DNA from: Chlorokybus atmophyticus
Taxonomy: Eukaryota; Plantae; Mesostigma and Chlorokybus algae
Length of the DNA stretch: 64,000 nt
Assembly (NCBI GenBank): GCA_009103225.1
Contig: RHPI01000638.1
Coordinates: 558,001 to 622,000 of the forward strand
Reading direction: 5' to 3'
Part shown: in pieces, positions 1 to 10,882 of the stretch
Layout: every line of letters starts with the position of its first letter
Position numbering within the stretch: the first letter of the stretch is position 1
The notes under the pieces: model-generated
Database searches by the model: none
Told to the model about the DNA's origin: nothing
What the model saw: the letters and a program-made list of their open reading frames with translations, nothing else
Position numbers and translations under genes: made by a program

Positions 1-1130
1 CACACTGTCATGGCACCTACTCTAGCCGCAGTACGCACAAAATACAGGCTAGCTTCTAGGCCTAGGACATACAACACCTCTGCCGAAATTACTTGCCTCA
101 CCGCTCTTCCAACCTTGCTTATAATCTTGGCCGTTCCCACACCAACCGCAAGCTCCACCGTGCTCCCAATCTTCACTGTCATAGGCTTTTCAGGACTTTG
201 TACTCTGCCAACCTCCATTGCTCCCCAATCATATACCTCATGCAACTAGGGTCCACCACCCAACCAGCTGACTCACCATCCGTTGTTGCATGAAAGGCTA
301 TTGGCTTCTCCTTCACATGTCCTACCATAGCTTGAGCCTTGTCACCATCATTTTCCCCTCCAGCTACTTCTTCAACCAGCAGTGCATCTTGATGTGGCCC
401 TTGTTCCCCGCAATAGTAGCAGTCACCTTTGAACACTCTTCGTTTGCCACCACCGCCGCCACCACCAGCACCTTGCCCTTATCCTGAAGTCATTCAGAAT
501 GCCATACCATCCGGGCATTCCTCATGCTTCTTTGCCAGCCTCGACTCCACTTGCAACAATTTTCAAACCACCTCGTCCACCGTGGGTTCCACCTCCAAGC
601 CCTCAACCACCGTGATCACCATGTCATAGTTGTCAGGGCACAACCTGACAAGCCTTGCCACACCAACTCGAACTCTTTCACCTCATAATCTACTCCTTTA
701 AGGTCTTTTTGCACCTCTTGTGCATGCGACACATACTTGGTGATAGGCTCGCCTGCTCCTTGCTTCTTTAGCCCAACAAGCTCCCTCTTGAGCTGCACCT
801 TCGTTGCGCTATTATTCGCCTTGTGCGATGCTAGCTTCTTTCAAGCTTTTATAAGCGTGTTGCAGCCGTCCACCAACACAAAATCATAATCCTTCACGTT
901 GAGGCCAATCAAAGCAAGCGCTCTCTCACTCTGCTGCTTGAACTTCGAGCTTTGCCTTATAAAAATGGGGTCAGCCTCTACCTAGTCCACCCACTCCCAC
1001 AAACTGTTGTATACCAGCAATATCTTCATGCGCACACATCATGTGTTGTGGTTATCCACGTCCAAAAGGCTCCACCGTCACCTTATCGTAGTTGTCATTT
1101 TTCAAGACTCAACCCAATCTCACAAGACTC
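1..1130 (-). pseudogene. Degenerate Ty1/copia gag-protease remnant
   Basis: Minus-strand fragments: gag N-terminus (YDKVTVEPLDVDN), UBN2-like QLKRELVGLKK..EPITKYV, zinc knuckle CYYCGEQG, protease-like WVVDPSC and EVLYVLGLEASL; many stops and frameshifts. Confidence 0.8.
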
Positions 1131-1200
1131 GGCTAGAACTCCATGCCTAGCCTACTGCCGCATTCATATCTCTACACGCATGGTTGATCAGCGTAGTGTG

Positions 1201-1452
1201 GGTCCATAACCTGTAAAGATTTTGACACACTTCTACACATGCATGGAGCTGGTGCACACACTGATACACATATGCATGCTAAACCATAAGCATAAGCACG
1301 CACAAGAAGCTTTAATTACCATGAGTTCACAAGCTTTTGTACCCCGCCCGTCTTTACACACGTTTACTCTAGCAGGCACCACGTGAGCTATACTCAGCTA
1401 AACGCGGCGCTGTAAGTTTTGCCATATAGCCAGCTTCACGCGCTTTTCAATA
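1201..1452 (-). mobile_element. PBS (1201-1211) and probable 5' LTR (1212-1452) of that copia remnant
   Basis: Minus strand reads ...TTTACA GGTTATGGACCC, a PBS variant. The putative LTR starts TATTGAAAAG (decayed TGTTGA) at 1452. Confidence 0.5.
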
Positions 1453-1870
1453 AACCATGTCACGCGCCATAAGACCGACTACACATGTAGTTCTTGTTAA
1501 GAACTAGTGTGCATGTATGCGCCGTAACTCATACAAGCGGTCTCATTAGAGGAACACCAAGTGTAACATACAAGCATATTAACACCAAAGAGAAATGTAT
1601 TGTGGTTTGACCTATATGCACCACATACAATGACTTCTGCACTAAGCTAGTTTACACTAGAAAGAACTAGTCAACTCTACTCAACACTAGTCAAAGGTCA
1701 AAGTCCACACTAGTCCACACTAGTCAACGGTCAAAGTCAAAGTTGATCATAACTATTATAGCTCCTATAACTTCCATAACTCCCATTAATTGTAACTCCC
1801 ATAGCGTAACCGCCGCACATGGTCTAATAACAAGCTGACGGTAATATAAGCGAACAATACCAGCAAACCT

Positions 1871-4186
1871 GGTTAAATGTTATAGCTTGTTGCAAACCTA
1901 CATGTATAAGTGGCGCCTACATGTAGTTGGTACGATCAGCTTAACCTTTATGGTTACGGGAGTTGCGAGAGTTAGGAGAGTTACGGCAAATTTGGTCAAC
2001 CATGGTCAACTTTAACTTTGAACATTGACATTGACCGTTGACTAGTGTTGACTTTGACCAGAGTTGACTAGAGTTGACTAGTACTTAGTAGCATAGTATA
2101 TAAGACACTGTATACTGCTTAATACAGTGGGACGCACATTGTCTCTATAATTGGCGTGCTTGCTGCACTTGTCCTTGGTGTGTGCACAGTTGTATGTAAG
2201 AGGCAAATACACACACACTAGGCGCATCACTAGTTCTCAACAGGTTATGGGCCCACACTCGCTTATGTGATCGCTTGTGCTAGTGAGAGAAAGTGTTGAG
2301 CATAGGCGCCTACTAGTAGAGTGTTCTTGGGGAGAGGGTGAGTTCAACTATTGTGTAGCAAGCAATGGCTGACACAGATAGGATGCCCATCGAGTCCCTT
2401 AATCTGCACAACTACGCTTCATAGTCGCTGAAGATGAAGTTGGTGCTGGTCCGCAAGAAGCTCTAGAGTCTTGTCGATCCCACTCCTCCACATCATTGCG
2501 GCCAAGAACAGGTGACACTGGTATCTGGACAGAGAACTCACAATCAGCTTTTGCGCTGATAGGCTTGCACGATAAAGACTTCCATCTCCCTCTTATTGCG
2601 GATTGTAACACTGGACGTGAGGCGTGGGAGGTCTTTGACACCCTCTTCAAGGCTAATTGCAACTCGCAGAAGTAGCAGCTGAGACGCAAGCTGACACTTC
2701 CAAAGATGGAGCGCAAAGAGCCAATCCAGAAGTATATCTCACGTGCAAGGGAGCTTTGGCAAGACCTTGCAGCAGTGGGCCATGATGTGAAGGTAGAGGA
2801 GGTGATGTGGGCAGTCTTAGCTGGCTTAGGAAAGAGCTTTGCTACGCTAGTGACTGTGCTGGAGTCCTCAGATGTGGTTTTGAAGTTTGCTAATGTAGTG
2901 CCTAAGCTGCTAGCTGTGGAAGGCAAGTTGGATGTTTAGGAGATAGAGAATGGAGGAGAACCTATCGCACTTGCTGCCTTATCTTCTTAACACACACGAA
3001 GCAGGAGCAAAGCAGGTGGTGGGAAGCCATCACGTGACAAAGAGTGTCACTATTGCAAGATGAAGGGCCACTTCATTCGCGAGTGCCTGAAAAGGATCCA
3101 CAGTGAGGCAACCAAGGAGGAGCATGCCACGGTGGCAATTGCTTTCTAGCATTGGTGAGGACCTCAAGGAGTTGCAGTGGATGGTGTTCGTTCGTCCTCT
3201 CCCACTGCAAGGGCGCGTGAAGGACATGCGTAAACGGAGGTCGCAGACACAAGGGTCTGTGAGAGTTACTGCTAGCCTATGAGTAGTTGCTGCGGGTGTT
3301 GAGCTGCATACACTAGAGGTTGCATTGCTGTGGAGTTGTTTTTAAGTAGCACACATGTGTGCGGTACTTGATAAAACACTTCATTTGACTGGCATGCAAG
3401 GACTGAGTTGTGTAGCTAGCTAACAGGAGATGGGAGGGGTGCTTTCCTTAGTAGAAGGGTCTAATCAACCTTTGCACGGCCTACACTCTGGTACAGCATT
3501 GCTAAGGTAGAGAACTCAGTGTAGAATATAGCATAGTTTGCCATTGAGGGAGTCTTCGAAACCACATGAGCAAGGTCAAGCTTGGCGTGGTGGAACCTGA
3601 TGCGACAACTATGAGGAGGAAACAAGAGGTATTTGAACCTCGTAGTCCTGCTGGCAGCATGAGGAGAAGGATGGTGTCATGGAGACAAGTATCAAGTCCG
3701 TGGGAGCAACACATCCGTGGGAGTGTTCAATGGAGTAAGTTAATGTGGGTAAGCCTGCAAGAAGAACTTGGAGTTCAAGGTCAAGCTTCTCGCGTGGGAG
3801 TGTTAAATGTTATAGCTTGTTGCAAGTACATGTATAGGTGGCGCCTACATGTAGTTGGTACGATCAGCTTAACCTTATAGTTACGAGAGATACGAGAGTT
3901 AGGAGAGTTACGGCAGGTACGGCAGTTATGGTCAACCATGGTCAACCTAAACTTTGACCATTGACTTTGACCATTGACTAGTGTTGACTAGTGTTGACTT
4001 TGACCAGAGTTGATTAGAGTTGACTAGTACTTAGTAGCATAGTATTTAAGACACTGTAAACTGCTTAATACAGTGGGTCGCACATTGTCTCTATAGTTGG
4101 CGTGCTTGCTAGACTTGTGCTTGGTGTGCACACTTGTATATAAGAGGCAATTACACACACACTAGGCGCATCACTAGTTCTCAACA
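1871..4186 (+). mobile_element. Gag-only copia element A1 (TR-GAG-like), 2316 bp, inserted in the family B 3' LTR
   Basis: LTRs 1871-2242 and 3801-4186, PBS GGTTATGGGCCCA 2243-2255, PPT CGCGTGGGAG 3791-3800, TSD AACCT at 1866-1870 and 4187-4191. The uninterrupted site has a single AACCT in the B LTR at ~23860. Confidence 0.93.
2365..3149 (+). pseudogene. Disrupted gag of element A1
   Basis: Colinear with the intact gag at 26863-27648; carries several TAG/TAA stops and a 1-bp deletion; CHYCKMKGHFIREC knuckle retained. Confidence 0.9.
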
Positions 4187-4651
4187 AACCTCATATGCTT
4201 AACCTTCAACACTCTCCCGCAGGCAGCTTTGTGCACCTGCACATCAATATGCACAAGCTCCCACGCTATTATTGGTTTTATGTTATGAACCTGGAACTTC
4301 TTGCCCCACCGCATTATGCTAGCATCAACCTGAAGCTGCTTGCTCCCAATGCTTGTTATTATCTCTGCAAACTGCTCCCATGTGCATATAGCGTACCTCG
4401 TGCACGATATCATGCTCGCAGAATGCAACTTCCGCGCTTCTTGTGTTCAGCTACTCTATTGAGATTGCACAGTAGCAACAATGACGGACACAAGTGTGGC
4501 GTTGACAACAGAGCAGAGTAAATCTTATTGAATTGCACAACATACAGTGTTTTATATAGTACACTGGTGGGTGCTAGTCAACACTAGTCAACACTAGTCA
4601 ACTCTAGTCAAAGTCAACACTAGTCGACATGAGTCAATTGCCTGAGTCAAT

Positions 4652-7600
4652 TGCTCTGTCACGCTCTATCACCATGCCAAGAAGTAACTTGACCGCTCCA
4701 AGGTCGCGCACTGCGAATGCTTGCTGTAGTCCGTTTTTTGTCTCCTTTAGGTCTTCAACTCGCTTGGCCGTGACAATGATGTCGTCCACATACACGAGCA
4801 AGTAAACCTTCTTTTTTTCGTGAATGAAGAGCCTCGGATCCGTTGAGGATGCTTTGTAGCCGAGTTTCTCCAACTCTTTCGTGAGGCCAATGTGCCACAC
4901 GCGTGGTGCTTGTCGCAGCCCATACAAAGCCTTGGTCAACTTGCAAGCCATGCCTGACTCCCCTTCTGCGTAGCCTGGTGGTTGCTTAATGTAGATTTCT
5001 TCCTCTCGCTCACCGTAAAGGAAAGCAGTCTTCACATCAAGGTGGTGACACTCGAGGTCTTCAGCAGCAACCACGGCAAGCAAAGTGCGAAAGGTTGCGT
5101 GCTTACTTGCGGGTGCAAACACCTCGTTGAAGTCTACACCTTCTTGTTGCAGAAATCCCTTTGCTACTACCCTTGCCTTGTAGCGCTCAATGTTGCCTTG
5201 ACCATCACGCTTCACCTTGAACACCCACTTGACTGAAATGGGTTTCACACCTTGCGGGGCCTTCTGCAACACCCAAGTGTTGTTGGCATGAAGCGATGCA
5301 TGCAATCTCATCATCCATAGCTCGCTGCCATTGCTCTGCATCTGGTGCTTGCAATGCCTCCTCGTAGGTGCTTGATTCTTCACTCTCTTCATCGTGCACA
5401 CTGGCGACGTGTGCCTTGTGGAAGTCAGGTGCTTGTCTCTCCCTCACGGGGTAGCGTCGAGCTTGCTTCTGCTGCTTCTGCTTCTCGCCTGCTACAGCTG
5501 AGCTCTGCTCTTTATTGATGACTGATGCCTCGCCTTCAACCTCTTCTCTGCTTGAAAGCTCTTCAGGTTGTGCTTTGTCATCTTCATCTCGAGGGTAGAA
5601 ACCTTTTTCAGCTTCAACTTGTGATGAGCCTTCGTGGAACACAACTTCTCTGCTCACCACAACTTTGCGCGTGTCCTCCAGTAGGACCTTATACGCCTTT
5701 GATCCTGGTTCGTAATCAACGAAGATGCCCTTCTTGCTGACTGGCTCCAACTTGTGTCGCAATTAACTTGGCACAAGTGCATATGCCACATATCCAAACA
5801 CACGCATGCCACTCACATCTGGCGCTTTACCGTAAAAGAGCTCCCACGGAGTCTTTTACTCATAGCTGACTGGTTAACGGTTGCGAATGTAATTGGCAGT
5901 AAGAACGGCTTCTTTCCACAGACTATCCTCCAACTTGGTATCATTGAGCATGGCTCGAACACGCTCCAACAATGTTCGGTTGAGACGTTCAGCTGCTCCA
6001 TTATGTTGCGGAGTGTATGGTGCTATTGTCTCATGCCGTATGCCTTTGTTGGCGAAGAACTCTTTAAGCTGGGCGTTTATGTACTCCCCTCCTCGATCAC
6101 TCCTCATTGCCTTCATCTTCTTGCCCGATTGGGTCTCCAGCAATGAAATGACTGTGTGCACAGCTCCAGCGACTTTTAACTTGTGAACTTAAGGGAAGAC
6201 GATGAAAAGCTTGCTGTAGTCGTCGAGGAAAGTCGCGAAGTACCTTACCCCTCCTTTCGCCACAATGCGCATAGGCCCGCACACGTCCATGTGCACAAGC
6301 TCGCAAGGATGCTTGCTACTTGAAGTAGATGATGGGAACGGCATGCGATGCTGTTTGGCCAACACACAGGGTTTACAGAGCGTAGTTGAAGACGCTTGAA
6401 AATCTTCCTTGCTCACAGTGATGCCCTTTACCATGTCTTCAGCGACCAGGCGTGTGAGGTTGCTATAGCCCAAATGCCCGAACCTCCGATGCCAAAGCTT
6501 AGTTGTCTCCCTTTCTTTCGCCATCATAGCCTTGTTGCCAAGAGTCTGCTCCACAATACAGAGCCCTCCTCATTGGGTGCCGACCATTTACTCGACCCCA
6601 TCCATGTGTATGGAGCAGCGTCCCTAACGGATCACTATCTCAGCTGCAACGTGTTCAGCAACTCTCACCCAGAACAAGCTTGCAGCAGCTCCGGGTACAT
6701 GCGACACTTCACGCAACACCACCTCTCTCTCACCATCACCAACCTTGCATTGAAGCCTTACTTCACCAACTTCTATTGCTTCCAGCTCGTGACCACTAAA
6801 GCCTTCCACCTTCCACCTTCCTTGTGGTTGACAGCTTCTTGTAGTTCTCCATCACCTCCTTGTGCGGTGTGACATGCTGGTCACAGCCTGAGTCAATTGC
6901 CCATGAAGTTGTATCAAACTTCCTTGAGGCAGTAAATGCAACACCCTTCTCTTTGCGTTGAGTGTTGCTATTGGTGCCTGCTTTAGATTGCTCCCGTTGG
7001 CGCTTGCGACAATCCTTTAGTATATGTCCTTTGATACCACAATAGTGGCATGTGAGATTCTTGAACTTTAAGTCGCTGCCTTTCGCCTTGTTCTTGTCTT
7101 CATAGTTGCTTGATTTCTTGTGTTTGTCTCGTATGTAGAAGGCCACAGAGTCTGCTTGCTCTTCCTTCTTAAAGACGCGTTGCTCCACGGTGAGCAACTT
7201 AGGTAGCACATCGTCCAGGGTTAGCTCCGATAACGATGTCTCGAGCAGAGTAGCGACAACTTCGTACTCTAATGGTAGCCCTGCAACAATCGCCAATACG
7301 ACCTCCGTCTCTTTCATCTTGTGGCCGACATTGATAAGGTTTACCCACAGCTCTCTCGCACGCGCAACATACTTTGTGACCGGCTCTGCCGTCTTTTGTT
7401 TGAAGCGCGCTCAGCTGCTTGCGTAATTGTATCTTTCTAGCGTTGTTCTTGGCTTGAAATGCAGCAGCAAGCTTTTCCCAAGCTTGTCTGCCATCTTCAC
7501 ATGCTGTGAGCATGGGAAAGTGATGTGGCTTGCAGTTAAGCACCATTAGTGAGTGTGCTTCAACTCAATGTTCAAGCCAAACGCTTTCTTCTCCTGCTCT

Positions 7601-8279
7601 TGGTGCAGATTTCTTCAGATCAACATACTTCCACATCTTCTTGTGGAGCAGTAGTGCCTTCATCTCTATGCACCAAGTGCTGTAGTTGTTTGTGTCCAGC
7701 TTTGTGATCAGCCCCATATCATAGCTTGCCTCCATCTTTGCCGCGCCTGATTTCTTCTTGCAGTTAGCACTTGAGACTTGCTTTAACAATCTTCACGTGT
7801 TGTGACTTGAGCGACTTCAGTCTTCACTTCAGTCCTTTATGACTGCAACAACTTCAGCCTTCACTTCACTCTTCAGTGATCCTACTTCACTTCACTTCAC
7901 TTCACGTGATGTAGCGATTTCAGTAACTTCTGTCTTCAATGACTTCAATCTTCACTTTAATGCACTTTCTCACAGCCTTCACGCGTGGTGTGGGCCCATA
8001 ACCTGTTCAGAAGCAAGCATGCAAGTGAAGAGGGCAAGCAATGACACACAAGAGAAGGCAACACACTTCCCACTTGATTACCAACAGACCGCGGGGTTAT
8101 ATACCCGCCAGTCAGTACACAGTTTGTACACACTGCTGGTCTACACGCAACAGCGTCCGATATACTGAACTATATCCTACGCTGAAAGATGTGCCACGTA
8201 GCTAACTTGATCAGCTTTATAACAAGCTATGTGACGTCCTATAAGACTGAGTATCCTAGGAGATATAACGATTCTCCTA
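4652..8279 (-). mobile_element. Copia family D, 5' part (partial LTR 8279-8004, PBS 8003-7991, gag-PR-IN-RT N-half; pseudogenised)
   Basis: ORF pieces with CHYCGIKGHILKDC, WAIDSG, LWHRRFGHLG, VHMDVCGP, RSDRGGEY, YVDDII; ends inside RT at VIERDRA. Confidence 0.93.
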
Positions 8280-9552
8280 AGAAGCAAGCATGCAGGTGAA
8301 GAGGGCAAGCAATGACACACAGGAGAAGGCAACACACTTCCCACTTGATTACCAACAGACCGCGGGGTTATGTACCCGCCAGTTAGCACACGGTTTGTAC
8401 ACACTGATGGTCTACACGCAACAGCGTCCGATATATTGAACTATATCCTACGCTGTAAGATGTGCCACGTAGCTAACTTGATCAGCTTTCTAACAAGCTA
8501 TGCCACGTCCTATAAGATTGAGTATCCTAGGAGATATAACGATTCTCCTAGGACCCTTCTCTGCAGTCCGCGCCAAGACCTTCATGTCCGGAGTCTTCGA
8601 GGTCCTCCCATCGAGGTCCCTTCTCTTCTCTCTTGTATGCAGGGCAGGCTGACCGGATGTAGGAATATCTTCAACACTCCCACGCGGGCAGCTTGGCCTC
8701 CAATGCTTGGTCTTCTTTCACCTAAGCACATATGCCGAGTCCCGTGTAACATGCCTTGAACTTCACTGGTGACAGTGACTTCGTCATGAAGTCCGCGAGC
8801 ATGTCTTCCGTATTGCAATACTGAAACTCAACCTCCTTCTTTATGACCCTGTCACGCACAAAGTGATGCATGACATCAATGTGCTTCGCCTTTGTCGAGG
8901 CGATGGGGTGCTTCAGCAACTTAAAGGCGCCTTGATTGTCGCAGTTGATCGTGATGCACGCCATCGGGTGCTCCAGATTTGCCATCAGCTTGCGAAACCA
9001 TAACGCCTCCTTTACTGCGGCCGATGCTGCCATGTACTCCGCTTCTAAAGTAAATGCTGCTGTTGTAGGTTGCAGCCTACTGTTCCAGCTCACCACGTCT
9101 CCATTCAACTTAAAGACGTCAGCTGTTGCAGACCTCCTGCTGTCGAGGTCGCCTGCAAAGTCTGCGTCGCAGTAGCCCTCCATCTCTGTGCTCCCGCAAC
9201 CAAACTTGATGCCAACACCTGCGCTTCCAGCCACGTAGCGCAACACTCCCTTCGCGGCACGTCAATGCTCCATGCTTGGTGCTGACATGTAGCGCGCAAA
9301 CACTCCTACTGCATGTGCGATGTCGGGTCTTGTGCACACTGCTAGGTAGAGCATACTCCCAACAAGCTCACCATCGGGGTACTGAGCCTTGTCGAGTATC
9401 TCCTCATCCTTTGCTTTGACGAGGTTGATGCCGAGTGCCAATGGAGTAGACTTGGTCTTTGCTTACTTGAGTCCGAACTTTGTGACGGGTCGTTTTACCA
9501 TCTGCTCTTGACTGATCTTGATTGTGCGTGCTGCTCTGTCACGCTCTATCAC
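8280..9552 (-). mobile_element. Copia family D, 3' part (RT C-terminus, RNase H, PPT, LTR 8676-8280)
   Basis: Begins at VIERDRA; RNase H motifs EGYCDADFAGD, EAEY, CDNQGA, KHID; PPT CGCGTGGGAG; the LTR lacks its last 5 bp. Confidence 0.92.
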
Positions 9553-9943
9553 TGTGTTGAGAAGCAAGCATGCAAGTGAAGTGTGTTGCCTTCTCCTGTG
9601 TGTCATTGCTTGCCCTCTTCACTTGCATGCTTGGTTCTCAATAGGTTATGGGCCCACACCACGCGTGAAGGTTGTGAGAAAGAGAAAGAAAGCAAAGTGA
9701 AGCAAAGTGAGAATGTGCAGTAAAGTGAAGATTGAAGTCATTGAAGATGGAAGTCATTGAAATCGCTACATCACATAAAATGAAGTAAAGTGAAGTAGGA
9801 TCATTAAAGAGTGAAGTGAAGACTGAAGTCGTTGCAGTCATAAAGACTGAAGTGAAGACTGAAGTCGCTCAGGTCACAACACGTGAAGATTGTTAAAGCA
9901 AGTCTCAAGTGCTAACTGCAAGAAGAAATCAGGCGCGGCAAAG

Positions 9944-10882
9944 ATGGAGGCAAGCTACGATATGGGGCTGATCACAAAGCTGGACACAAACAACTACAGC
10001 ACTTGGTGCGTAGAGATGAAGGCACTACTGATCCACAAGAAGATGTGGAAGTATGTTGATCCGAAGAAATCTGCACCAAGAGCAGGAGAAGAAAGCGTTT
10101 GGCTTGAACATTCAGTTGAAGCACACTCACTAATGGAGCTTAACTGCAAGCCACATCACTTTCCCATGCTCACAGCATGTGAAGATGGCAGACAAGCTTG
10201 GGAGAAGCTTGCTGCTGTATTTCAAGCCAAGAACAACGCTAGAAAGATACAATTACGCAAGCAGCTGAGCGCGCTTCATAAAGAGACGGCAGAGCCGGTC
10301 ACAAAGTATGTTGCGCGTGCAAGAGAGCTGTGGGCGGACCTCATCAATGTCGGCCGCAAGATGGAAGAGACGGAGGTCGTATCGGCGATTGTTGCAGGGC
10401 TACCATCAGAGTACGAAGTTGTCGCTACTCTGCTTGAGACATCGTTATCGGAGCTAACCCTGGATGATGTGCTACATAAGTTGCTCACCGTGGAGCAACG
10501 CGTCTTTAAGAAGGAAGAGCAAGCAGACTCTGTGGCCTTTTACATACGAGACAAACACAAGAAATCAAGCAAATATGAAGACAAGAACAAGGCGAAAGGC
10601 AGCGACTTAAAGTTCAAGAATCTCACATGCCACTATTGTGGTATCAAAGGACATATCTTAAAGGATTGTCGCAAGCGCCAACAGGAGCAATCTGAAGCAG
10701 GCACCAATAGCAACACTCAACGCAAAGAAAAGGGTGTTGCATTTACTGCCTCAAGGAAGTTTGATACAACTTCATGGGCAATCGACTCAGGCTGTGATCA
10801 GCATCTGACACCGCACAAGGAGGTGATGGAGAACTACAGGAAGCTGTCAACCATAAGGAAGGTGGAAGGTGGAAGGCTTTAG
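9944..10882 (+). CDS. Copia D Gag plus start of protease (frameshifted after KVEGGRL)
   Basis: Open frame with UBN2-type Gag, CCHC knuckle and WAIDSGCDQH. Probable start MEASYDMG at 9944. Confidence 0.85.
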   Translation: MEASYDMGLITKLDTNNYSTWCVEMKALLIHKKMWKYVDPKKSAPRAGEESVWLEHSVEAHSLMELNCKPHHFPMLTACEDGRQAWEKLAAVFQAKNNARKIQLRKQLSALHKETAEPVTKYVARARELWADLINVGRKMEETEVVSAIVAGLPSEYEVVATLLETSLSELTLDDVLHKLLTVEQRVFKKEEQADSVAFYIRDKHKKSSKYEDKNKAKGSDLKFKNLTCHYCGIKGHILKDCRKRQQEQSEAGTNSNTQRKEKGVAFTASRKFDTTSWAIDSGCDQHLTPHKEVMENYRKLSTIRKVEGGRL

